This document shows positions 38,598-48,748 of a stretch of 64,000 bases of DNA, piece by piece (positions within the stretch are counted from its first letter, which is position 1; the number at the start of each line of letters is the position of its first letter). The notes under the pieces are model-generated. The model saw only the letters and a program-made list of their open reading frames with translations, searched no databases and was not told the origin of the DNA. Position numbers and translations under genes: made by a program. Source of the stretch: Polyangiales bacterium (GTDB lineage Bacteria; Myxococcota_A; Polyangia; Polyangiales; Polyangiaceae); the NCBI GenBank assembly GCA_038230375.1, contig JBBRNJ010000004.1:146200-210199 (forward strand), given 5' to 3'.

Positions 38598-39337
38598 GCG
38601 ATGAGCTACCCGACATGAGCGAGACTGCACGCGCGCTCCTTCGTGGCGAGAAGGGCCCGCTCTCCGCGGCGCCCGGCAAGGCACGCGTTGCCACGCGCCT
38701 CGATGCGACGCTGTTCGGACCCGCAGGTGGTGGCGGCGGTGGCGGCGGTGCAGGTGGCGAGCCTGCGAAGGTCGCGGCGCCCACGGGCTCCGCGGCTACC
38801 AGTGCTGTGAGCGGCGCGAAATGGATGTCCCATGCGGTGATCGGCCTTGTCGGCGTGGTGATGGGCGTCGCGCTGACTGTGGCGCTGCGCAAGCCGGACG
38901 TCATGCAAGCTCCACCGACCGTTGTCTCGGTCTACGTCGATCGCGCGCCACCGCCGAGCGCCACACCGGTGACGCCCATCGTGCTCACCTCCGCAACCCC
39001 GGTCACGAGCACCAGCGCGCAGGCAGCGACGAGCGCCAGTGCTCCCGTGCAGCAGCGTCCAGACACCCTCTCGGAGGAGCGCGCTCTGCTCGACCCCGCA
39101 CGCACGGCGCTGGGACGTGGCGACGGCGCGAGCGCGCTGTCTGGTGTGCAGAAGCACGAGCAGCGCTTCCCGAAGGGCCAGCTCACCGAGGAGCGCGAGG
39201 CGATCGCGGTTCAGGCTCTTGTTGCGCTGCGTCGGGGCGACGAGGGCCGCGCGCGCGGTGAGCGCTTCAAGCGCACCTATCCGAACAGCGTGCTCGCTCC
39301 CGCCGTGAACGCCGCGCTCGATGCGATCCCGAAATAG
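38594..39337 (+). CDS. Probable anti-sigma factor (single TM, periplasmic TPR-like tail)
   Basis: GTGA overlap with the sigma gene; TM helix; LSEERALL..AR.AL, FPKGQLTEERE, YPNS. Confidence 0.7.
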   Translation: MSDELPDMSETARALLRGEKGPLSAAPGKARVATRLDATLFGPAGGGGGGGGAGGEPAKVAAPTGSAATSAVSGAKWMSHAVIGLVGVVMGVALTVALRKPDVMQAPPTVVSVYVDRAPPPSATPVTPIVLTSATPVTSTSAQAATSASAPVQQRPDTLSEERALLDPARTALGRGDGASALSGVQKHEQRFPKGQLTEEREAIAVQALVALRRGDEGRARGERFKRTYPNSVLAPAVNAALDAIPK

Positions 39338-39703
39338 TCAGCCGGTTCGTAGCGCCGGATCCTTCGTCAGCTCCTGGATGAACGCGTCCCAGCGCGCTCG
39401 CCCGGAGATCTCGCCGAAGAACTCGATGCCGATGCCCGCCTGCTGTATCACGCCGTTGGCGTCCTGGCCCGGCGGCTGGACGTGCACCACCATCGCGTGG
39501 CCGCTGACGTCATGATGATCCGGCAGCAGAAAGGACACGCGCACCAGCTTGCGCGGCCCCGTCGCGAGGTCCGTACGCAGATACGCGCCCCGGAAGCTCA
39601 CGTCGTCCGTGACGATCTCGCGCGTGTCGTGACCGAGGGTCAGCGTCGTGACTAGCTGCGCGCGGTAGCGCAGATCGCGGCGGTTCTCGGTGACCATGAA
39701 CAC
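39338..39703 (-). CDS. PilZ domain protein
   Basis: RRDLR (RxxxR), DVSFRG (DxSxxG), GIGIEF. Confidence 0.85.
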   Translation of the reverse strand: MFMVTENRRDLRYRAQLVTTLTLGHDTREIVTDDVSFRGAYLRTDLATGPRKLVRVSFLLPDHHDVSGHAMVVHVQPPGQDANGVIQQAGIGIEFFGEISGRARWDAFIQELTKDPALRTG

Positions 39704-39835
39704 GAGTTAGGCCAAGCGCGTCGCTTGGACAAGAGTGAGCGGACGCACGGCTGGGCGGAGCACCAAAAACCGGGGCAAAACACCTCAATTTGCGCGGTGC
39801 ACAAGCGGCGGAGCTTCCGGTTATCATGGCCGACG

Positions 39836-40321
39836 ATGAAGAAACATCTGCGGATACAGGCTGTGTTGCTCGTCCTCGTGGCCGCGCTTGGTCTCTCTCA
39901 GCTCAACTGCGGGCTCATCCTCCACCCCGAGCGCAGCGGCCGCCACGGATCGCGCGTCGACGTCGTCGCCATCGTGCTTGATTGCGTGTGGCTGCTGGTC
40001 GGCATCATCCCGGGGGTCGTCGCGCTCCTGATTGATTTTGTCACCGGGGGGATCTACGAGGCCCGGCTGCACCAGCTGCGACCGGGGGATCCCGTTGGCC
40101 TTCGGTTCAACGGTCCCGCGCCCGCCACGGCAGACGTGGACATCACGCTCACCGCGCCGGACGGCACCATGCACTCTCTTGCGAGCCGCCACGTCGAGAA
40201 GGGCGAGGAGATGGACCAGGCGCCGCTTCACCTGCCTGACACGCTCACGCCGGGCCGCTACGGCATCTCGATCGCCATCAACGGACACGAGAACGCGCAC
40301 TTCTCGCTCCAGGTGCAGTGA
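39836..40321 (+). CDS. Hypothetical membrane lipoprotein
   Basis: [27 protein letters not shown] membrane hairpin, Ig-like C-terminus. Confidence 0.7.
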   Translation: MKKHLRIQAVLLVLVAALGLSQLNCGLILHPERSGRHGSRVDVVAIVLDCVWLLVGIIPGVVALLIDFVTGGIYEARLHQLRPGDPVGLRFNGPAPATADVDITLTAPDGTMHSLASRHVEKGEEMDQAPLHLPDTLTPGRYGISIAINGHENAHFSLQVQ

Positions 40322-40334
40322 GGACGGGCCGAGG

Positions 40335-41225
40335 ATGAAGGCGCTTCGAACACCGGAAGAACGCTTCGCGGATCTGCCCGACTACCCTTTCACTCCGCAC
40401 TACGTCGACGTGGGCGCAGACCTCCGCATGCACTACGTGGACGAGGGTCCGCGCGACGGGCGCATCGTCCTCATGTTGCACGGTGAGCCCTCGTGGAGCT
40501 ACCTGTACCGGAAGATGATCCCGGTGTTCGCGAAGGCGGGCTTCCGCGCGATCGCACCGGATCTCATCGGCTTCGGGAAGAGCGACAAGCCCACGCGCAC
40601 GGACGACTACTCGTACGCAGGACACGTGGCGTGGATGGTGCGCTTCCTCACGGCGCTGGACCTCTCTGGAATGACGCTGGTGGCGCAGGACTGGGGCTCA
40701 CTCATCGGGCTGCGTGTGGCCATGGAGAACGAAGCGCGCTTCTCGCGCATCGTGATCGCCAACGGCTTCTTGCCCACGGCGGACCGAGGCGTGCCGGCGG
40801 CCTTTCGCGCCTGGCGTGCGTTCGCGCGCTTCTCGCCGGTGTTCCCCATCGGGCGCATCGTCGCCTCCGGCTGCGTGAGCAAACCAGATGCGCGCATTCG
40901 CGCCGCATACGATGCCCCGTTCCCGACGTCTGCGTACAAGGCGGGGGCGCGCATCTTCCCCGCGCTCGTGCCAACCAGCCCCGACGACCCTGCCGTGCCC
41001 GCGAACCGCGAGGCGTGGAAGCGCCTGGGGGAATGGAAGAAGCCGTTCCTCACGCTGTTCGGCAAGAACGATCCAATCCTCGGCGGCGCAGACGTGCCGC
41101 TGCAAAAGCACGTGCCCGGCGCAAAGGGACAGCCACACGAGCGCTTCTGGGGTGGGCACTTCGTCCAGGAAGACCGCGGCGACTACCTGGCCGACGCGAT
41201 CGTGAAATGGCTCGACGCAAGCTGA
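40335..41225 (+). CDS. Haloalkane dehalogenase
   Basis: [36 protein letters not shown] nucleophile, AYDAPFP, GHFVQED. Confidence 0.9.
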   Translation: MKALRTPEERFADLPDYPFTPHYVDVGADLRMHYVDEGPRDGRIVLMLHGEPSWSYLYRKMIPVFAKAGFRAIAPDLIGFGKSDKPTRTDDYSYAGHVAWMVRFLTALDLSGMTLVAQDWGSLIGLRVAMENEARFSRIVIANGFLPTADRGVPAAFRAWRAFARFSPVFPIGRIVASGCVSKPDARIRAAYDAPFPTSAYKAGARIFPALVPTSPDDPAVPANREAWKRLGEWKKPFLTLFGKNDPILGGADVPLQKHVPGAKGQPHERFWGGHFVQEDRGDYLADAIVKWLDAS

Positions 41226-42187
41226 CCAGAGCCGCGATCCCGGCGATCGTGTTGCTCACGTTGGTCGCATGCGCGACGACGAAGACTTCGACACGGACCT
41301 CGACACCGACCTCGACCTCGACTTCGACTTCGACCTCGACCTCGACTTCGACCTCGACCTCGACCTCGACTTTACTCTCCTCATGCTCTGGCCCTACCGA
41401 GTGCGCCGACTGCACGCGACAAGGCCACTGCCGCTTCTGCACGGGGACTCGGCAGTGCATCACCTTCGCGGAGGCGGAGCGGCCGGGTGCTTGCAGCGGG
41501 CTCTCGCTCGGGCATCCGGACTCGTGTGGCAGTGATCCTGTCGTGGCCGCTCGCGTCCATGCGCGTGAGGTGGCGGCTCGCACGCAGGCGGCGCTCGACA
41601 CGGCGAAGGACATGACGATCGTCGGTGCGCCGATCGCGGCGCGCCTGGAGAGCTTCGGCAAGATCGAGGTGCCGGTGCCCGCGAACACCTGTCATTCGTT
41701 CATCTACAAGCTCGCCCCCGACGCGAAGCCATCACGGTTGCGCATCTCGATCGACTTCCAGACCAAGCGCAGCTCCGAGGGCGGACTCACTGGCTTCGAC
41801 ACCGAGGGGCGCGTGGCCTCCACCACGGGGTGCTCGAGCATCGCTGGTGTCGTGCGCCTTCGGCTTGTCGAGTACGACACCCACGCGCAGCTGCAGAGCG
41901 GCGGCACCGGCGGCCTCACGTTCGAGCTCTACACGCGGCCGCGACGCGCGGACGACCGCGACGACGTTGGCGCCGCTGGCGAGCCTGCGGGCGGTAGTAG
42001 CGAGCTCCGCGGCGGCTCCGTGGGTGTGGACTGCCTGGACTGCACGTTCCCCTGCAGCTCGGGCAAGACTGCCTCCGAGCGCGACTGCTTCCGGAGCGGC
42101 GCCGAGGCCTGGCAGAAGACCATCTGCAACAACACCTGCGAGCAGATCCATCGCTCATGCCTTCGCGGCTGCCCCGGCTGCAACTAG
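41207..42187 (+). CDS. Cys-rich lipoprotein with Thr-Ser linker
   Basis: LVAC lipobox; (TS)n; PSI-like Cys cluster and a second Cys cluster at the C-terminus. Confidence 0.7.
   Translation: MARRKLTRAAIPAIVLLTLVACATTKTSTRTSTPTSTSTSTSTSTSTSTSTSTSTLLSSCSGPTECADCTRQGHCRFCTGTRQCITFAEAERPGACSGLSLGHPDSCGSDPVVAARVHAREVAARTQAALDTAKDMTIVGAPIAARLESFGKIEVPVPANTCHSFIYKLAPDAKPSRLRISIDFQTKRSSEGGLTGFDTEGRVASTTGCSSIAGVVRLRLVEYDTHAQLQSGGTGGLTFELYTRPRRADDRDDVGAAGEPAGGSSELRGGSVGVDCLDCTFPCSSGKTASERDCFRSGAEAWQKTICNNTCEQIHRSCLRGCPGCN
41309..41368. repeat. (ACYTCG)x10 coding hexamer repeat
   Basis: Read directly; encodes the Thr-Ser linker. Confidence 0.95.
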
Positions 42188-42195
42188 ACAGCGAG

Positions 42196-43713
42196 TCAGG
42201 CGCCGCGCATCTCGCGGGCTAGCTTCACGCCGGAGCCTATGGCGCCGGAGACGCTGGGCATCCCAGCGGTGGCGTTCGCGAGGTAGAGATTGCCCAGCGA
42301 GGTCTGCACCGGCTTGCGCGCGAGCGTCACGTTCGCGGGCGTGAGCGCGGCGCCGTACGAGTTGCCCTTGGGTGCGCGGCAATAGCGCGCGTTCGTGGCG
42401 GGCGAGCCGGTCACGCGCATGGTGAGGTGCTCGCGCAGCTTGGGCACGTAGTCTCGCTCCACGATCGCAAGGATGCGATCGCGGATCTTCTTCTTCTCCA
42501 CGTTGTAGGCGCGGCGATCGCGCTCGCGCAGCTCCGCCATGTGCTGGTAGTCGCACGCGGTGCAGAGCTCCAGGATCTGGTGACCAGGTGGGCAGATGCC
42601 GGGCTCGTCCGTATGCAGGCTTGGCGTGCTCATGAAGAGCCACGGATCGGACAGATCGTGGCGGACCAGCTGGTCCTTGTACATGCGCCCGATGTCCGAG
42701 TGCGGGTAGTGCCATACGTTGTGCGAGCCGAACCCGTGCTCGCGAAGATCGATCCCCTGGACGCCCAGGTACATCGTGAACGTGGCGCACGAGTATTCGT
42801 ACCGCGTGCTGTTCCATTCAGCGCGCGAGACATGCCGCCTGCCAACCATCTCCCAGGTTCGCGCGGGATCCATGTTGGAGACGTAGCGCTCCGCCGTGTA
42901 GCGCTCGCCCGTTGCGGTCTCGATCCCGGCGACGCGCCCGCGGTCCAGGTGGATGCGCGACACGGTGGTGCCGAGCTTCATCTCGCAGCCGGGAAGGCGC
43001 GTGAACGCGTTCGCGATCGTGTCCACGAAGTGGCCGAAGTGCTTCCGCGGATAGTACGCGCCGCGGTCGTAGCCATGCACGAGCGCAACGTGGAGGATGA
43101 AGCTCACCTCTTCGGGCGGCAACAGGTAGTCGCCCGACTGCCCTGCGAGGACCGCGCGCAGGTGCGGCGGCATCGCGATCTTGTCGTACACGTCCGCGAG
43201 CGTGTGCCGCTGGTGGCGAAGCAGGTTCGGAAAGCGGAGCGCGGCGCTCGCGAGCACGAGCGGGTTCCAGGAGCTCGGGAGCTCGCGGTCGTCGTCGAGC
43301 TCGCGCGCCACCGCCTCCACGGCCTCGAAGTAGCGGATGATCGGCGTGCGCCACTGTGGATAGCGGCGAATGAGGCGCGACTGGAACGTGAGGAGCCCGT
43401 TCGGGACACGCACGCGGTCGCCCGCCACCACCACGTGATCGAACCCCTCGGGATCGAGGCGCACGAACGGCACCTCGTCGCGGACGCCGATCTCGCGCAG
43501 GAACGTGTCCACTGTGCCGCCTTCGCCGCAGCCAAAGATGTAGTGGACCTGCGCGCAGAACTTGAACCCGCGCATCTCGAACGTGTGCGCATAGCCGCCG
43601 GGGACGTCGTGCGCTTCGAGCAAGAGCACACGTCGCCCGTCGCGGCCGAGCAGGTTCGCAGTGGCAAGGCCAGCCATGCCGGCCCCGATCACGATGTCGT
43701 CAAAGTGAGTCAG
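42196..43713 (-). CDS. Phytoene desaturase / retinol saturase-like FAD oxidoreductase
   Basis: DDIVIGAGMAGL, EAHDVPGGY, GAYYP, GSPATNARY..GNSYG, NLYL; start placed at CTG 43713 by inference (first canonical start is GTG 43692). Confidence 0.85.
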   Translation of the reverse strand: MTHFDDIVIGAGMAGLATANLLGRDGRRVLLLEAHDVPGGYAHTFEMRGFKFCAQVHYIFGCGEGGTVDTFLREIGVRDEVPFVRLDPEGFDHVVVAGDRVRVPNGLLTFQSRLIRRYPQWRTPIIRYFEAVEAVARELDDDRELPSSWNPLVLASAALRFPNLLRHQRHTLADVYDKIAMPPHLRAVLAGQSGDYLLPPEEVSFILHVALVHGYDRGAYYPRKHFGHFVDTIANAFTRLPGCEMKLGTTVSRIHLDRGRVAGIETATGERYTAERYVSNMDPARTWEMVGRRHVSRAEWNSTRYEYSCATFTMYLGVQGIDLREHGFGSHNVWHYPHSDIGRMYKDQLVRHDLSDPWLFMSTPSLHTDEPGICPPGHQILELCTACDYQHMAELRERDRRAYNVEKKKIRDRILAIVERDYVPKLREHLTMRVTGSPATNARYCRAPKGNSYGAALTPANVTLARKPVQTSLGNLYLANATAGMPSVSGAIGSGVKLAREMRGA

Positions 43714-45242
43714 CTCAGCGCATCCCTCGCGGCGTTCGCCACATCCGGATACTGCGACTGGCCCAGCTGGCTGAGAAGGCGCTTCACGTCCTTGTTGTCG
43801 GAGTGGTTGCGAAGGCCGCTCAGTACGGGCCAGAGATCATCCTCGCTCTGCGCGCTCATCATGAGCTGCCCGTAGAACGCAGCGGCCTGAGGCGCCTGCA
43901 TGAGCGAGCTCATCGCGCCAATGGCGTCCTTGCGAACCTCCGGCGACGGATCGTTCTGCGCCATGTGCTGCGCCAGCGGCAGGAGCTGCGGCAGGTCGCG
44001 GAAGTTGTTGAACTCGAACGCGACGGCGCGACGCACCTCCTCGTCCGGGTCCGCCATGAGGCGCTGGATGAGCGCCCACACGCGCTGCACGGCGGCCTTG
44101 GGCTGCGAAGAGAGACGACGCGCGATGGTGGAGCGCACCTTCACGCTCGGGTTCTGCGCGTGCTTCTCGTAGACGGCCATCGCGAGCTCGCCCATGCCAT
44201 GGTAGTGCGCCAGGCCCAGCGTATCGATGCATGCAGACTGCACCTTTTCCGATGTGTCTCGGTCGCAGATCTCCGCGACCCAGTACATCAGCTGCTGATC
44301 GTCGTTCATGCAGGACAGCGCGCCAACGGCCGCAGCGCGCACCTCCGGCGACTGATCCTGCGCCAGCTGCACGAGGAGCTCGCGCTTGCCGGCGAACTTG
44401 TCTGCGCTGTTGAAGCGAAGGTCGTTCGCCACGTGCTCGCGCGCCTCCGCGCTGGTGTGAGCCGCGAGCTGCTGCACCAGGCCCAGCGCGCCCTCCTCCG
44501 CGAACTTGGTGGCGGCGGTGATGACCTCGTAGAACGTCTCCTCGTCCAGGCCGGGCGTGTTCGCAATGGTGTAGAGCGCCTGCAGGTGCTGGGGCTGCAC
44601 GCGGTTGTCGACCAGATTCGCCCACGCCTTGAGCGCCTCGCGCCGGATCTTCACAGTGCCGTGCATCATGTGCTGGGCGATCAGCGGCTCGGCCTCCATC
44701 AGCTCGCCTGCCTCGCCGTAGCAGGCCAGGAAGAAGTCGTAGAGCGCCTTCACGACGGTCTCCTCGTCGTGGCTCTGCAGGCCGGGGAACTTCCCGAGCA
44801 CCTCGGGCAGGGGCAAGCGGCGATTGCCGTCGCTCGAGGCCTCCACGATCTTCACCTCGATCGTCGCGCTCGGATCCTTGATGCCCGGGATGTCCGCAAC
44901 GGCCATCACGTTGAAGCTGATGTTGTGCGCGGTCGGCGGGAGGTCGCTCGGGACCGTGAGGCGGAAGGTGAACGGAAGCTGCGCGCCGACCGGCAGCTCG
45001 ATCGCGGCAGCGACCACCTGCTTCGACACCTCGCGTGCGTCGATGTTCGGGAGCGTCTGCCCTTCCTGCGTTGTCACCTTCACGAAGAACAGCTTCACCG
45101 CGAGCTCGGTCACGCGGAACGGCTTCTTGCCGCCGGTGAGCACCATGCGACCGCCGATCACTGCGCCGGGCGAGGCCGTCATGTTGTCGAGCTGCAGCGC
45201 AACACCCGTACCGCCACCGAACATCGAGTCGAGCAATCCCAT
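43710..45242 (-). CDS. Spo0M/arrestin-like N-terminal domain + HEAT repeat protein
   Basis: MGLLDSMFGGG..PGAVIGG..LTGG..PFTFRLTVPSDLP..ADIPG..DP; repeated D.SPEVR..A HEAT units; GGAGA RBS. Confidence 0.75.
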   Translation of the reverse strand: MGLLDSMFGGGTGVALQLDNMTASPGAVIGGRMVLTGGKKPFRVTELAVKLFFVKVTTQEGQTLPNIDAREVSKQVVAAAIELPVGAQLPFTFRLTVPSDLPPTAHNISFNVMAVADIPGIKDPSATIEVKIVEASSDGNRRLPLPEVLGKFPGLQSHDEETVVKALYDFFLACYGEAGELMEAEPLIAQHMMHGTVKIRREALKAWANLVDNRVQPQHLQALYTIANTPGLDEETFYEVITAATKFAEEGALGLVQQLAAHTSAEAREHVANDLRFNSADKFAGKRELLVQLAQDQSPEVRAAAVGALSCMNDDQQLMYWVAEICDRDTSEKVQSACIDTLGLAHYHGMGELAMAVYEKHAQNPSVKVRSTIARRLSSQPKAAVQRVWALIQRLMADPDEEVRRAVAFEFNNFRDLPQLLPLAQHMAQNDPSPEVRKDAIGAMSSLMQAPQAAAFYGQLMMSAQSEDDLWPVLSGLRNHSDNKDVKRLLSQLGQSQYPDVANAARDALS

Positions 45243-45268
45243 GAGGTTCTCCCGTTGGGGGTGTTCGA

Positions 45269-45284
45269 CGCAGCGCGCTTGCCA
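45269..45284 (-). promoter_or_regulatory. Putative sigma-54 promoter
   Basis: TGGCAAGCGCGCTGCG = GG-N10-GC upstream of the RBS and ATG 45242. Confidence 0.55.
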
Positions 45285-45338
45285 CGTGGGAAAACCCTTG
45301 GTTTCGCAGCATGCTACGAAAAATCGGAACTTCGCGCG

Positions 45339-45725
45339 ATGGGCAATGTCAGTGTCTTCGTGCGACACAACAAAAGCATTCTCGCCGCGGCGCTCGTCAC
45401 CGCAGGTTTCATCGTTGCGCTCGGGTCGGTGGGTCCGGCGTCTGCCGCCGAGCCCTCCGCGTCCGACTGCGTCACCGTCCTTCGCACGGAGAAGTCGCAG
45501 GGCCTGGACATGAACGTGAACAACGCCTGCGGGCGCGGGCTTGCGTGCGAGCTCCGGTGGACGGTGCAGTGCGAGACCCCCGAAGGCAAGGTCACGCAGC
45601 GCGCACCCAAGGCTTCGCGCTTCAACATCGACGCCTCGGGCCAGAACCAGATCACGGCGTCCGCGTCCGCATGCAAGGACAGCTGGACGGTCACCGACGT
45701 CACGTGGAGCTGCGCAGGCCGCTGA
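45339..45725 (+). CDS. Small secreted Cys-containing protein
   Basis: Signal ending ASA; six Cys; start may be GTG 45360. Confidence 0.7.
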   Translation: MGNVSVFVRHNKSILAAALVTAGFIVALGSVGPASAAEPSASDCVTVLRTEKSQGLDMNVNNACGRGLACELRWTVQCETPEGKVTQRAPKASRFNIDASGQNQITASASACKDSWTVTDVTWSCAGR

Positions 45726-45792
45726 ACGCTTGGTGAGCGCGCCAAGCTGGCGAGACTCATGGTAGCTTCGCGGCCTTCGAGGAGGGCCGGAC

Positions 45793-46707
45793 GTGAAGCC
45801 AATCGTGAAGCGTGTTTTGAAGGGCGTCGGTGCGGTGATCGCGGTCGCTGCGATCGGTGGCGCCATCTTCGCAAGGTCAAAGACCAGCGCCTTCGATGAC
45901 AGCATGGATCTGGTCTACGCCATTCCCGTCACGCAGGTCCCGGAGACCACGGAGCCCGAAGTGCTCGCCCGCGGCAAGCATGTCGTGGAGGCGCTCGGCG
46001 GCTGCACTTCCGCGAACTGCCACGGCGCGGACCTGTCTGGCGGCAAGCCGCTGGTGATGGGCCCCGTGTGCACGCTCATCGGGCCGAACATCACCCCCAA
46101 GGGATTGGGTGCACTCTACACCAAAGCTGAGATGGCCCGCCTGCTCCGGCACGGCGTGAAGAAGGACGGGCGCTCCGTCCGCTTCATGCCCGTGCAGGAC
46201 TTCAACTGGCTTCCTGACTCCGACCTCTTCGCCGCCGTGACGTACCTGAAGACGGTGCCGGGCGTGGACAGGCAGAACGACAGCAGCGAGGTCAAGACGC
46301 TCGGCAAGATCCTGGACCGCAACGACAAGTTCATCATGGACGTCGCCCGCCGGATCGATCACCAGAAGACGGACCTCGCGCCGCCGCCCACTCCCACGGC
46401 TGACTATGGCAAGTACATGGCTCGGCTCTGCATCGGCTGTCACGGCGCGCACCTTTCGGGCGGGCCGATCCCTGGCGCCCCGAAGGACCTGCCGGTCCCG
46501 CTCAACATGACGCCGGACGACTCTGGCATCAAGGGCTGGACGTACGAGGACCTCGACGCGCTCCTCACGAAGGGCCTCCGCAAGAACGGCAAGCAACTGA
46601 ACCCGTTCATGCCCATCGAGAACTGGAGCCAGATGAACGAGACGGAGAAACATGCGCTCTACACGTATCTCATGAGCCTTCCGCCCGTGCCCTTCGGCGG
46701 CCGCTGA
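45793..46707 (+). CDS. Diheme cytochrome c
   Basis: LARGKH..CTSANCHG.DLSGG, PNIT, MP; CIGCHG..LSGG, MP; GGAGG RBS. Confidence 0.85.
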   Translation: MKPIVKRVLKGVGAVIAVAAIGGAIFARSKTSAFDDSMDLVYAIPVTQVPETTEPEVLARGKHVVEALGGCTSANCHGADLSGGKPLVMGPVCTLIGPNITPKGLGALYTKAEMARLLRHGVKKDGRSVRFMPVQDFNWLPDSDLFAAVTYLKTVPGVDRQNDSSEVKTLGKILDRNDKFIMDVARRIDHQKTDLAPPPTPTADYGKYMARLCIGCHGAHLSGGPIPGAPKDLPVPLNMTPDDSGIKGWTYEDLDALLTKGLRKNGKQLNPFMPIENWSQMNETEKHALYTYLMSLPPVPFGGR

Positions 46708-46730
46708 GCGGAGATGAACGGGGCCAGGCC

Positions 46731-48143
46731 ATGAGCGACGACGCGCTTTCGGCAGCGGCGCCTGCCGGGAGCGACGAGCCCGTGGTCTTCACGGATGCAC
46801 GCACGCCCCGCAAGGTGATCCTCGCCGCGTCGCTCGGCACGCTGTTCGAGTGGTACGACTTCTACCTCTACGGAAGCCTCGCCATCTTCTTCGGCGGACT
46901 CTTCTTTCCAAGCACCAACGACACCGCGCAGCTCCTTGCAAGCCTGGCCACGTTCGGCGCGGGCTTCGGCGTGCGGCCGCTCGGCGCGATCGTCTTCGGT
47001 CATCTGGGCGATCTGGTGGGGCGCAAGTACACCTTCCTCGTGACCATGACCGCGATGGGCCTGGGCACCGCGCTCATCGGCTTCTTGCCCACGTACGCGA
47101 CCTGGGGTCTCGGCGCGACCGCTGCGCTCGTGGTGCTGCGCCTGTTGCAGGGCCTCGCGCTGGGCGGTGAGTACGGCGGCGCGGCGACCTACGTCGCGGA
47201 GCACGTCCCGGACGAGAAGCGCGGCTACTACACCAGCTTCATCCAGACCACCGCCACGCTCGGCTTCTTCCTATCCATGGGCGTCATCGGCGTAACGCGC
47301 GTGTGGATCGGGGAGGACGCGTTCAAGTCGTGGGGCTGGCGCATCCCATTTCTCATCTCGTTCGTGCTGCTCGGCGTGTCGCTCTACATCCGGCTGAAGA
47401 TGCGCGAGTCGCCGCTGTTCGCAAAGATGAAGAAGGAGGGCAAGGCCTCCAAAAATCCGATCAAGGAGAGCTTCACGAACCCCGAGAATTTGCGGTTCGT
47501 CGTGCTCGCGCTCTTTGGCGTGACCGCCGGTCAGGGCGTGGTCTGGTACACGGGCCAGTTCTACGCGCTCACGTTCCTGCAGAAGACGCTCAACATCGAC
47601 TGGAAGACGTCGTACGAGCTCGTGAGCATCGCGCTCGCTCTCGGCGCGCCGCTCTTCGTGGTGTTCGGCTGGCTGTCGGACAAGCTCGGTCGCAAGCGCA
47701 TCATGATGGCCGGATGCGCGCTCGGCGCTCTCACCTATGTGCCCATCTACATGGCCATGAAGGCCTGCTCCAACCCGAACCTCCTGCCCAAGGCCGACCC
47801 TGCCGAGATCAATCACGCGGCGATGGTGGCGCTGCTCTTCATCCAGGTCGTCTACGTGTGCATGGTCTACGGGCCGATCGCGGCGTTCCTGGTGGAGCTC
47901 TTCCCCACACGCATTCGCTACACGTCCATGTCGCTGCCCTATCACCTGGGCAACGGATGGTTCGGCGGCTTCCTCCCACTCATCGCCACGGCCGTCACCG
48001 CGTCAGCGTGGGCGAAGCGCGTGTTCGGACCGAACGCCATCTACACGGGCCTCATGTATCCCATCGGCGTGTGCGCAGTGACGCTGGTGGTCGGCGGGCT
48101 CTGGGTGAAAGAGACGCGAACGCACAAGCTCGATCGGGCGTAG
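46731..48143 (+). CDS. MFS transporter, metabolite:H+ symporter (MHS) family
   Basis: EWYDF, GDLVGRK, RLLQGLALGGEYGGA, GWRIPF, ELFPTRIRYT. Confidence 0.95.
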   Translation: MSDDALSAAAPAGSDEPVVFTDARTPRKVILAASLGTLFEWYDFYLYGSLAIFFGGLFFPSTNDTAQLLASLATFGAGFGVRPLGAIVFGHLGDLVGRKYTFLVTMTAMGLGTALIGFLPTYATWGLGATAALVVLRLLQGLALGGEYGGAATYVAEHVPDEKRGYYTSFIQTTATLGFFLSMGVIGVTRVWIGEDAFKSWGWRIPFLISFVLLGVSLYIRLKMRESPLFAKMKKEGKASKNPIKESFTNPENLRFVVLALFGVTAGQGVVWYTGQFYALTFLQKTLNIDWKTSYELVSIALALGAPLFVVFGWLSDKLGRKRIMMAGCALGALTYVPIYMAMKACSNPNLLPKADPAEINHAAMVALLFIQVVYVCMVYGPIAAFLVELFPTRIRYTSMSLPYHLGNGWFGGFLPLIATAVTASAWAKRVFGPNAIYTGLMYPIGVCAVTLVVGGLWVKETRTHKLDRA

Positions 48144-48181
48144 GCCTGGGCACGCATCACGACGAGGCTGGTGCCCGCGCT

Positions 48182-48592
48182 TCAGCGACTACCCACGACC
48201 ATCGCAGGCCCGCCCGATGGGGACACCTCCGTCGCCGGCCCCCTCGTGTCGCGCGTGGTGGGAGAAGGAAGAGGCGGAAGCCCCGCCGCCGATCGCGCAA
48301 CCGTTTTGCGCGCCATGGGCCGCATCACCCTCTTCGTCTGCTCCGCGAGCGGTGGCGCGTTCTCGGCCCGCGGCGCCTGTGCAGTGGGCGCTTCCTGCGG
48401 CGGTGGCTGCGCCGCGGGTCGTGTGTCTGAAACCGTGACCACCGTCGCGGTCCTCGAAGGCGTGGCTCTCTCGGCGAGCTTGGCATTGAATGCGCCGCCT
48501 GCCAGCCATGCGAGCGGCAGCAGGAAGGCCACACACGCAGCGACCTTGGTGGACGTGCGAAAGCGGCTCGGCCTCGGTTTCACGGTAGGCAT
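48182..48592 (-). CDS. Hypothetical single-TM protein
   Basis: One hydrophobic helix plus a Pro/Ala-rich tail; fills the gap between genes. Confidence 0.4.
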   Translation of the reverse strand: MPTVKPRPSRFRTSTKVAACVAFLLPLAWLAGGAFNAKLAERATPSRTATVVTVSDTRPAAQPPPQEAPTAQAPRAENAPPLAEQTKRVMRPMARKTVARSAAGLPPLPSPTTRDTRGPATEVSPSGGPAMVVGSR

Positions 48593-48748
48593 GCAGGACC
48601 ACCGAGCAAGCATCGTGCTCGCGCGCGAGCGCGGCTTGCCGACCACCTTTCGAGCAGCTGCAGGCTCCCCCGCACCAACCACGGTGCGTTTTGCGTGGTA
48701 CCACGCCACCTGACCCGCTGCTTTGCAGCAACGACTCGAACGCTGCCT

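Noticed and set aside
41309..41368. Hexamer repeat as a phase-variation switch
   Set aside because: Unit length is a multiple of three and encodes a Thr-Ser linker, so slippage would not shift the frame.
42196..43713. Carotenoid biosynthesis cluster
   Set aside because: Lone CrtI-like oxidoreductase with no phytoene synthase or other crt genes in the window.
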